Positions 47,870 through 57,689 of a stretch of DNA of 64,000 nt are shown piece after piece. Numbering within the stretch: the stretch's first letter is position 1; every line of letters begins with the position of its first letter. The stretch is from Carcharhinus amblyrhynchos. Lineage: Eukaryota. The stretch lies in NCBI GenBank assembly GCA_965287045.1, contig OZ336882.1, positions 6,820,001-6,884,000 on the forward strand, in the 5' to 3' direction. The position numbers and the translations under genes were made by a program. The notes beneath the pieces were generated by a model. It was not told where the DNA came from and did no database searches. It was given only the letters and a program-made list of their open reading frames with translations.

Positions 47870-50800
47870 ATAGGAGCTACAGGCACTTAGAAAGGCAAAA
47901 ACTGATTAGGGACATTCAACGTGGTTTCTGAGTGGAAAATCATATCTCACCAATTTGATTGAGTTTTCTGAAAGTTTAACGGAGAAGGTAGACGAGGGCA
48001 GTGCAGCCGACTTTGACAAGGTACCACATGGTAGGTTGTTGCATGAGTTTAAACTTCGCAGGATCCAGGGTGAAGTAGCTAATTGGATACCAAAGATAAA
48101 AATAGAGGCTGGTTGCAAAGGGTTATTTTTCAAACTGGAGGCCAGTGACCAGCGGTGTGCCTCAGGGATCAATGTTGGGCCCATTGTTATTTGTCATTTA
48201 TATTAATGATTTAGATGAGAATTTAGGAAACATGGTTAGTAAGTTTACAGATAACATCAAGATTGGTGGCATAGTGAGCAGTGAAAAACGTTATCTAGGA
48301 TTGCAAAGGGATATTGATGAATTGGACCAGTAGACTAATGAATGACAGATGAATTTTAATGTCGATTAATATGAGGTAATGCATTTTGGCAGATCAAACC
48401 ATGGCAGGACTTACTCTCAGTTAATGGTAGGGCACTGGGGAGAGTTATAGGACAAAAAGATCTCGGGGTACAAGTTCACAGCATCTTGAAAGTGGAATCA
48501 TAGGTGGACAGGGTGGTGAAGAAAGCAATTCGGCATCCTTGCTTTAATTGGTCAGAGCATTGAATGCAGGAGCCGGGACACCTTGCCGATGCTGTACAAG
48601 ATGTAGGTAACTTCGCACTTAGAATACTGTGTACAGTTCTGGTCACCCTATTATAGAATAGATACTACTTAACTAGAAAGAGTGCCGAAAAGGTTTACTG
48701 GGATGCTACCAGAACTTGATGGTTTGAGTTATAAGGACAGGCTGGATAGACATGAACTTTTTCCCTGGAGTATAAGAAGTGTTGCGGTGATCTTATATAA
48801 GAACATAAGAACATAAGAAATAGGAGCAGGAGTAGGCCATCTAGCCCTTCGAGCCTGCCCCGCCATTCAATAAGATCATGGCTGATCTGTCGTGGCTCAG
48901 TTCCACATTCCCGCCCTCTCCCCATAACCCTTAATCCCCTCTCTTATCAAAAACTCATCAGCCCGCGTCTTAAAAATATTTAGCGAGGTAGCCTCCACCA
49001 CTACAACGGGCAGAGAATTCCAGAGATTCACCACCCTTTGAGTGAAGACGTTCCTCCTCAACTCCGTTCTAAACCGCACCCCCCCCCCCCCCCCACCCTT
49101 TATCTTGAGGCTGTGCCCCCTAGTCCTATTATCCTTTCTGAGCGGGAAGAGTCTCTCCACGTCTATCCTATCCATCCCATTCATCATCTTATACGTCTCA
49201 ATGAGATCTCCCCTCATTCTTCTAAACTCTAACGAGTACGAGCCTAGTTTATTCAGCCTCTCCTCATAGCTCAACCCCCTCAACTCCGGCATCAGCCTAG
49301 TAAACCTCCTCTGCACTCCCTCCAAGGCCAAAATATCCTTGCGTAAGTACGGCGCCCAAAACTGCACACAGTACTCCAGCTGCGGCCTCACCAATGCTCT
49401 ATACAGCCGCAGCAAGACCGCCCTACTTTTATATTCAATCCCCCTCGCTATGAAGGCCAGCATTCCATTCGCCTTCCTGATCACCTGCTGCACCTGCAGG
49501 CTGGGTTTTTGCGACTCATGCACAAGGGCCCCAAGGTCCCTCTGCACCGTCGCCTGCTGCAGTTTTTTGCCATGTAAGTGATAATCCTTCCTACCATTAT
49601 TCCTACCAAAGTGGACCACCTCGCACTTGCCAACATTAAATTCCATTTGCCATTTCCTGGCCCATTCGCCCAGCTTATCTAGATCCTTCTGTCGACTCTC
49701 CACACCCTCCGCACAATTTGCCTTTCCTCCAATTTTGGTGTCATCAGCAAATTTCGACACCCTACACTCGGTTCCCTCCGCCAGGTCATCTATATAAATG
49801 GTAAATAGCTGAGGCCCCAGCACTGACCCCTGAGGCACTCCACTAGTCACCATCCGCCAATCCGAATAGCACCCATTGACTCCCACTCTCTGCCTCCTAT
49901 TTGACAACCAATCCTCTATCCACGCTAACACCCTACCCCCAACTCCCTGTCCCCTGACCTTCTGCAATAACCTCCTGTGAGGTACCTTGTCAAACGCCTT
50001 CTGAAAATCCAGAAAGACCACATCCACCGGCTCTCCTCTATCCACCGCCCTAGACACATCCTCATAGAACTCCAGTAAATTTGTCAGACACGACTTCCCT
50101 TTAACGAAACCGTGCTGCGTCTGCTCTATCAAGCAATTCCACTCAAGATGCCTCGTTATTTCCTCCTTGATGACGGATTCTAACATTTTACCTACAACAG
50201 ACGTTAAACTAACCGGCCTATAATTCCCTGCCTTTTGCCTGGCACCCTTCTTAAACAACGGCGTAACATTAGCCGCTTTCCAATCTTCCGGCACTTCCCC
50301 GGAATCCAGCGACGTCTGGAAAATAACCATCAAGGCATCCACTATCACCTCCGCCATTTCTTTCAGAACCCTCGGATGCATTCCATCCGGTCCTGGCGAC
50401 TTGTCCACAATCAGTCCCTCCAGTCTGTCGAGCACCTCCTCTCTAGTAACAGTAATGTCATTAAGACCCTCCAGTCCTACCACCTTTCCATCTCTAACAC
50501 CCGGCAAATTATTCACGTCCTCCTCCGTGAAGACAGAAACAAAAAAGTTATTCAGGACCTCAGCCATATCCCCATCCCCTACCACTAAGTCCCTCTCCTC
50601 ATCCTCTAAGGGGTCTATTAAATAATGATGGGTATAGATAAGGTAGATAGTCAACATTTTTCCCGTAGGTTTGGGAGTCTAAAACTAGAAGGTATAGTTA
50701 TAAGGTGGGGGGGGGGGAATACAAAATGGCCCAGAGGGACATTTAGTTCACACTGAGGGTGGTGAGTGTCTGAACTAAGCTGCCAGATGTAGTAGAAGGT

Positions 50801-50970
50801 GCGGGTACAATTTTGTCTTTTAAAAAACATTTATACAGTTACTTGGATAAGACTGCTATGGAAGGATATGGGCCAAATGCAGGCAATTGAGAATAGCTTA
50901 ATGGTAAAAACTGGGTGGCATGGACAAGTTGGGTGGAAGGGCCTCTTTCCATTTTGTAAATCTCTATGAC
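47870..50970 (+). mobile_element. Old CR1 LINE split by the young CR1 insertion (47870-48797 and 50609-50970)
   Basis: DFDKVPHGRL and [15 protein letters not shown]. The frame breaks at GGTGATCTTATA (48797) and resumes at AGGGGTCTATTAAATAATG (50609), reconstituting GDLI-(E)VYKIM. Confidence 0.88.
48798..50607 (-). mobile_element. Young 5'-truncated CR1 (HER1-like) LINE with intact reverse transcriptase frame
   Basis: About 570 uninterrupted codons (48897-50607) with DKSPGPDGMHP, DFQKAFDKVPH, SGVPQGSVLGP, SKFADDTK and LVRPQLEYCVQFW. Clean (TGTTCTTA)n tail at ~48798-48820. Confidence 0.96.
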
Positions 50971-51169
50971 CCCAAGACTCATTATCAATCGTTTCAAGCA
51001 GGATACATTAGAAAGATCGTCACAGAAGACCTAACCGAAAACAATAGCTGCTGAATCAATTTGTTCTTTGCAATGTTTGCAAGATTTTCGATATAGAATA
51101 GATTTTGTTGAAGAACTTGTAGGATATTAGGTAGAATGATATAATGAAGGTATTTTGCATGATTTGGCC

Positions 51170-52320
51170 TTGATGGTGGGTTCATGACCACAAATGGTTG
51201 GGGGTGGTAGAGAGTATTGACAATGGGAGACTTCCGAAATGGAGGGGCCAGAAGCAGAGCCACCCATTGTCTGTGTTGGGTGGCAGGAAATGCAGAAAAG
51301 AGGGAAGAGATAGAACATTTGGCATGAGAGTGACAAGTAAAATTTTAAGTAATTTTGGAAACAGGAATCAGTGCAGCTCACCAACATGTGATGGATGACC
51401 TGGAATTGGAAAAAATGGCGGTAAAAATGTATTGGACGAATTGAAATTCGAAGATCATTGAGCAGGCGGCCTAGAACTGAAATATTGAAGTTTAAAGCTG
51501 GTTAAAAAAAAAGCATGCATAAAGGATTCACTGGAACAAGGGATGAGACATGAGCAACAGTGTATGATGTTCGGGAGGTAGTTCTAAGTAGCATTTGTCA
51601 AACAGCGGTCTGGCTCATCTCTGGTGTTGAAGGATAAGAAGTTGGTTTCAGCGTAAGAGAACAACCAAACAATGAAACCATTGCAATGGTATAGAGTTTG
51701 TCCCAAGCGGCTGCTAGATCTTTTAATAGATTAGCTGAAAGTTTGGTCAGCTCATACAGAATAAAATATCTTTTACCAAGATGTGCAGCAACAGGGGGAA
51801 AGTCATAGCTGGTCGTGAATGATTAAAATAAAATGCGAACTGTCAACAACAAGATATGTGGAATCTGACCCCAATTTTGTGGATAATGTCATTACGCAGC
51901 AACTTACAGAAGAGGAGAAATGGAGAAAGGGTAAAAAATTGGTGTGGGACAAGAAAGTGAGTCACATTTCCTAATGTCTAAGATAACATACATACCATAC
52001 GCGCTGAATGTATGGCCAAATATAGGCAGTCACGCTAAGTAGGAAACAGGCAAATTGCTAAAATAGCATAAAATGATCCTTATGTGAAAAGTTTAAATGC
52101 GATCACAGGGATCGTATAGGGACGAGGCACCGGGGTCACTGTCACTAAGGGTGTCATTTGCTTTATTGACTGCAACAATTTCAGTTGGGTGGTGGACCTC
52201 TACTTGATTAGAGTGATTCAAACAATTAATGCGATAACATTAGATCATAGTTGGAATGTGTGGCATAGATGTATCTTGCAATTATATTTCCGTGGTTTAG
52301 TTCGGCTGCCATTGTGTTTA
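51170..52320 (-). mobile_element. Very old L2-like LINE remnant
   Basis: Purine-rich + strand. GATATGTGGAATCTGACCCC...GGATAATGTCATTACGCAGCAACTTACAGAAGAGGAGAAATGGAG resembles the antisense of an L2 RT core (LF.IY.LPL..II...GV.FH.YADD). Confidence 0.45.
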
Positions 52321-52639
52321 TTGATGTAGTCAATAGCCCAAGCGTCGCTGATTCCTGTTGCATAAGTACGTCAACTTTAATCTTTTGAAATATTTTCCAG
52401 AATTCTTATTTGTGTTAGGGAGTGAAATGTAGAACTCAGGCCATTCTTCAGTAAAGGAAAATTATCTGGGGAAGTGTAAACTGAGTCATTCTAAATTCCA
52501 TTCGTGTATAATTTTGTTATTTCCCATTTAAAGCTAATAACACACTACAACGTGGCGTATAGATAGCTGGAGTACACATCATATAAACTATTGCGTCCAA
52601 TTGAGAGCAAGAACGTTTTGCGGCGCTGTCAATTCCTTG

Positions 52640-53010
52640 AAATCTGTCCAAACGACATTTCCTACAATGGTACCAGGAATGAACAAATCTAACTACAGGG
52701 AGTAGAAATCACGGATTTGATTCCTTAGAGTAGAAAAGCGTGCGTAGAGATTTGAAGGAAGTGTTCATAATTATGATGGGCTCTGGCAGAGAAAATAAGA
52801 AACGAACCGTTTCCTGGGAAAGGCGTGATAAGTGGTTTTAAAGAAATTGAAAAATTATTCTAACTAAAATCGCGAGGATTTTTTTTGTTTTGCGCAGTGC
52901 TATTACAATTTGGAATGCATTACCTGAAAGGAAGACGGAAGAAAATACAACAGAAATACAACAAGAAATTGATCATGTACTTGGGTAATAAAGGACTGCA
53001 CTTGCACATT
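52640..53010 (+). mobile_element. Decayed CR1 3' fragment
   Basis: TCCTTAGAGTAGAAAAG...GAGATTTGAAGGAAGTGTTCATAATTATGATGGG and TGGAATGCATTACCTGAAAGG. Confidence 0.55.
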
Positions 53011-53629
53011 ATATAAGGTGAGTAACTAAGCTAATGTGAGACAACAAGATTACTGATACAAGAAGCCATTGTTTTCATGTAAAATCTGGAAGAAAACTGA
53101 GAAAGTATTTACCGTTGACATACTCGTGCTGCATAATTTTCCAGGGACAAACAAGTAACATATCATGAAAGCAGCGAATATGCCGACTCCACGCAATGAT
53201 AACACCGGAGAATTTATTTCAGGGGCACGTATTTAGTTTTACGATTCATTACTGTTCAATGTAACCAAACGTCCAAAAAATATTCTTGTCGCATTGACCA
53301 CCTCAAGATACGCGATGTAACATTAGCAGAGCAAGGGGTTGCACTTTTATAATTTACACAATCAAACAATTATGTCAGGCTTCAATATGATATTAATTAA
53401 GCATGCACTGCTCAGGATTGTGAGGATATGGGCAGATATGTGTAGCATCAGTGAAAGGCAAAAATATAACAGCAACAGTAAGCAATTTGACTAATGTAGT
53501 CTTAAACTACCAAAATTCGAGGACCTAGTGGTATAGGAAAGAATGGCTTACCCAATATTTCTAAGTATAACACACAGATCTACCAAGTGTGAATTATTTA
53601 CCACTCCCTGCATCGAAACTGCTTCCAAG

Positions 53630-56023
53630 CTATATTTTTGTGTTGGCATCCCGGACACCCAAGTCATTGAAAGGCAAGGTAGGATTACAGGGCTTTAAAA
53701 ACAGAAAATCACTTTTCGCTGACTCTGGCGATAAACACACGGTATAGTGATAACCTTCAGTCTGAGCAGACTCGGCATAGTTAAATGGTTCGTTTGGTGC
53801 AGACCTCCGGTTAAAGGCATCGTTCAAATTCCGTCTTCTGTAACAACAAACCGCAGAGTTGTGATCTTCAGCGATATTTCTGCCTTGATTAAACTTCAGC
53901 ATGACAAGGGAAATGATGGTTACAAGAAATAAAACCGATGTTGATCCCAATATAACGATTAAATAACCATTAAGATGCGAAAAATACTTCGATGCACCAG
54001 GTTCATCAATTTGTTCAGAAGAATTTTTTGTTACATTGGACAAGACGGTAAATGAGATCGTAACCGTGGTGGAAAGGCTTGGCTGTCCATTATCGTTCAC
54101 AATGACGACCAATCTTGCTGTGCTGGTACTTTGCTCCCTTAAACGTTGTCTTGCTCTGATTTCCCCAGAGAGAAGGCCCACAGTGAACAGATTGGAACCA
54201 TTGGTCTCCATCGATTGATAGGAAAGCCGGGAATTCTGACCGGAATCCGCATCAGTCGCGATTATCTTGGTCACCAAATATCCTGGATGCAATACTGACT
54301 GCTGCCCAATCTCCACTGATGCCGAACTGTTCCAGGTTAAAGGTGAGACAATAACCGGTGCGTTGTCATTTTGATCCAAGATTATAACATTGACAATGGC
54401 AGTACTGCTCAGCGGGGAAGATCCCATATCCTGGGCTTGAACTTTGATCTGGAAGTGCTTCAACTGTTCATAGTTAAAGGAACGCAGGGCGTAAATGTCC
54501 CCATGTTTGGAATTGATGGAGACGTAAGGAGTCCCGCCTCTTCCTTCATTCTGAGCCTCCAGAATTGAATAGTGAATCTCACCGTTCCGGCCTAAATCTG
54601 AATCCAATGCTGTGACAGCAAATATAGAAGCACCTGGAGTGTTGTTCTCCATCTGATATATGTTATATAAGGATTGTGTGAAATTTGGCACATTGTCATT
54701 TATATCTGAAACGGAAACTAAAAGAGTTGTATTTGTTGAAAGAGGGGGAAATCCCCCGTCCCAGGCTGAAATACAGATGTTGTATGTCGGGGATGCTTCA
54801 CGATCCAAAATACCATTGGTAACCAACTTGTAGCTGTTCTTCAACGTTTTTTGAAGTTTGAATGGAAGTTGCCTTGGAATGTGACACCGTACGTGCCCAT
54901 ATTCGCCAGAATCTGGATCCATAACACTGACCAAAGCGATCACAGTCCCCGGAGGAGCATCTTCCTGCACTGAGCTGGACACCAAAGTCACGTCTATCTC
55001 GGGGATGTTATCATTCGTGTCTATCAGTCCAACCATCACTTTTGCCCGTCCAGCCACACCAGGCGGAGCGTTATCCATGGCCTCTACATCAAGTTCGTAA
55101 ACACTTGCTTCTTCAAAATCCAGTACACCTTGGACTGTTATTTCTCCAGTTTTGGGGTCTAAATTGAACAATTCGCGAATACCCTGGGGAACATGGCTGG
55201 TGAAAGAATAGGTCAGTTCAGCATTGGTACCTTCATCTGTATCAGCAGCGTGGACTGTTGCCACCAACGTCCCTTTGCGGGAATTTTCTGCGACGCTGGA
55301 TTTGTATATTTCGTGATCAAATATAGGTGCGTTATCATTCGCGTCCAGGATAGTGATTGAAATCCGGCTTGTGCCAGATCTCGGGGGTTCACCGCCATCA
55401 ACAGCCGTCAGCACAAGGTTGAAGGTTGACTGCTGTTCACGGTCCAAGGCTTTCTCTAACAGCAGCTCAGCACTTTTGCTTCCATCATTTCGTGTCTGAA
55501 CTCTGATGCCAAAATGTTCATTTGGACTGATCTGGTAAGTACTGATTGCATTTGTGCCGATGTCCGGGTCGTGCGCGCTCTCGACAGGGAAGCGCGCACC
55601 TGCCGAAATTGACTCACTGATCTGCAAGAAGAATTCGCTATTCGGAAATTTGGGTGAATTATCATTTACATCTAATATTTCCACTTCAACAGGATGTATT
55701 TCCAAAGGTTTATCGAGGACGACTTGCAACGAAAAGGAACAGGCAGGGCTTTGTCGACAAAGCTGTTCTCTGTCGATCCGTTCATTAACAAATAAAACCC
55801 CATTTTCCAGATTTACCTCAATGTATTGCTTCCTTTCTTCGGAGGCCAGGCGAAATTTACGAGCCGATAATTCCCAAATATGTAATCTCAAATTCTCAGC
55901 GATGTTCCCAACAAAGGCCCCGTGCTCCTGCTCCTCGGGAATCGAGTAGCGAATTTGTCCTGAAACCAGGTCCGACAGACAGAACAGAAAAATGAACGTT
56001 ACACCGCAACTCATTGAGGCCAT
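53630..56023 (-). CDS. pcdh: Clustered protocadherin variable exon 5
   Basis: Intact ORF. ATG at 56023 (ACA ATG GCC) gives MASMSCGVT...QIRYSIPEE, with CRQSPAC, six ECs, TM, and tail YTVCLSPESAKSDFLFLKP. The ORF-track start at 56053 is a TTG. Confidence 0.96.
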   Translation of the reverse strand: MASMSCGVTFIFLFCLSDLVSGQIRYSIPEEQEHGAFVGNIAENLRLHIWELSARKFRLASEERKQYIEVNLENGVLFVNERIDREQLCRQSPACSFSLQVVLDKPLEIHPVEVEILDVNDNSPKFPNSEFFLQISESISAGARFPVESAHDPDIGTNAISTYQISPNEHFGIRVQTRNDGSKSAELLLEKALDREQQSTFNLVLTAVDGGEPPRSGTSRISITILDANDNAPIFDHEIYKSSVAENSRKGTLVATVHAADTDEGTNAELTYSFTSHVPQGIRELFNLDPKTGEITVQGVLDFEEASVYELDVEAMDNAPPGVAGRAKVMVGLIDTNDNIPEIDVTLVSSSVQEDAPPGTVIALVSVMDPDSGEYGHVRCHIPRQLPFKLQKTLKNSYKLVTNGILDREASPTYNICISAWDGGFPPLSTNTTLLVSVSDINDNVPNFTQSLYNIYQMENNTPGASIFAVTALDSDLGRNGEIHYSILEAQNEGRGGTPYVSINSKHGDIYALRSFNYEQLKHFQIKVQAQDMGSSPLSSTAIVNVIILDQNDNAPVIVSPLTWNSSASVEIGQQSVLHPGYLVTKIIATDADSGQNSRLSYQSMETNGSNLFTVGLLSGEIRARQRLREQSTSTARLVVIVNDNGQPSLSTTVTISFTVLSNVTKNSSEQIDEPGASKYFSHLNGYLIVILGSTSVLFLVTIISLVMLKFNQGRNIAEDHNSAVCCYRRRNLNDAFNRRSAPNEPFNYAESAQTEGYHYTVCLSPESAKSDFLFLKPCNPTLPFNDLGVRDANTKI

Positions 56024-56256
56024 TGTTCTCGTGCGGAAGGTTTTTTCTTGCAAAATTTAAATTGTCCAATCGATTCTGCGAAGATGTCTCTTACACGACA
56101 ACACTATTTGATTTTAAAAAATCGTATACAAATAAGAAACGGAGGAAGGCAAAAATTAGACCAGAGGAGCTTTGCTAAAAATGACCGCCCAGCATAAACG
56201 CAGGCATCGTCTGTGTCTTCGCTTCTGATCTGTTTCCTGGGCCGGAGAAAGAGGTA

Positions 56257-56341
56257 GATCCCTGGCAGCGTACCCGTTTCTTATTGGTAGACAGCGACAC
56301 GAACAGACTCAACCAATAATTGCAGCAATTGTTCTTAAAGC
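56257..56341 (-). promoter_or_regulatory. Protocadherin promoter module with CSE/CGCT box for gene 5
   Basis: Invariant 21-mer at 56280-56300, GATC at 56257, CTTAAAGC at 56334; 257 bp from the ATG. Confidence 0.9.
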
Positions 56342-56576
56342 GAGACGGTTTGGGGACTATATAAGGAAACTGAAGGATCAGAAGTGAGTAATATAAAATT
56401 CCCTTAAAAACACAGACATCCTGCAGTTAAAAAAAAGTCGGTGTAAATTATGTAGCAGCAAAACGACTGAAGCTCCTTGCGATAGCATTCTGCACATCAT
56501 TAATAGACGTTCACGATCCATATTGTAATTATGAAATCTTACCGGTAACATGTAGGTTATTGCTGCTCAGTATCAC

Positions 56577-57065
56577 TTAGAATCATAGAATCCTACGCTG
56601 CAGAAGAAGGCATTTCGGCCCATCAAGTCTACACCGGCCATAATCCCACCCAGTGTCTATTCCCAAAACCCCATGCATTTACCCTGCTAGTCCCTCTGAT
56701 ACTAAGGGGCAATTTATCATAGAATCATAAATCATAGGCAATCTACAGTGGAGCAAGAAGCCATTCGGCCAATCGAGTCTGTACCAACCACAATCCCACC
56801 AAGGCCCTATGTCATATCCCTACATATTTACCCGCTAACCCTTTTAAGCAATGCATCTCAGGACACTAAGGGGCAATTTTAGCATGGTCAATCCACCTAA
56901 CCCACACATCTTTGGAATGTGGGAGGAAGCCGGAGCACCCGGAGGAAACCCACGCAGGGATCGGGAGAATGTGCAAACTCCATGCAGTCACCCAAAGGGG
57001 GCATCGAAGCCAGGTCCCTGGCGCTGTGAGGCAGCTGTACTAATCATTGTGCCACCATGCCGCCC
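56577..57065 (-). mobile_element. HE1-like V-SINE (56718-57065) abutting a second headless 3' half (56577-56717)
   Basis: Two CATAGAATC tails, each followed by TTCGGCC(C/A)ATC and CTAAGGGGCAATTT. Only one tRNA-like head, ending GCCACCATGCCGCCC. Confidence 0.85.
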
Positions 57066-57689
57066 TTGTCCCTTTATGGATGCAGTCACCCTTTATTTAC
57101 GCCTCACTTGGGTGAGCAATCGTTGTGTTATGCTGTTGTGAAAAGTCTGATTAAATTTGCCTCACTGGAAGGCTGAATAAATTTGGCGATATACGTAAGG
57201 AGTTTGCGTATTTAAATAAAAATAATTTTCAGTGCATACTCCGAGCGCGTAATTTTAACGACTATTACAGTTTTACAATAATTATAGTCAACGGGTGTCG
57301 AAAGCACAAATACTGCGGATGCTGGAATCGAAACAGAATCTAAACAGGAATTGCTGGAAATAATCAACAAATCTGGTTACATCCATGAAAAGTGAAACAG
57401 CAACAAACTTTCCAATTGGAAATTTCGGTCTTAGACAATTGTGATGAAAGAGCACTACCTGTTACGCTAGCTCTTTATCACTTCTAACAAAGGCATATAT
57501 ATCGAACATTTTCGGGCCCTATTTCACAAAACTGGGCACTTTGCTGATGGAATTTGCGATTTTCTGGATTAATAGTCTAACGATAATACCATCGCGCCCA
57601 ACCTTCTTTTTACATCTATGGGGCAGACATTGGGAGGCGATCAGAAATTCCATGAAGTAATCAAATCAGGAAGATTAAATAAATTGTTT

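Noticed and set aside
50608-50657. N-terminus of the 586-aa ORF as the start of a domesticated RT gene
   Set aside because: The first ~17 codons are the antisense of the old host CR1 and begin at a non-ATG codon. The ORF is a chance fusion at the insertion junction.
1337-55949. Recurrent + strand ORFs with similar peptides (PTSGSCALSRGK..., LGCPLSFT...) overlapping each Pcdh exon, including the 234-aa ORF at 22970-23674
   Set aside because: Antisense shadows of the conserved cadherin frame. Their starts and lengths are inconsistent between paralogs and they have no independent domain signal.
2068-56300. Identical 21-bp repeats as a CRISPR-like or recombination-signal array
   Set aside because: One copy per gene at a fixed promoter position, kilobases apart, in a vertebrate. 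Explained by the Pcdh CSE.
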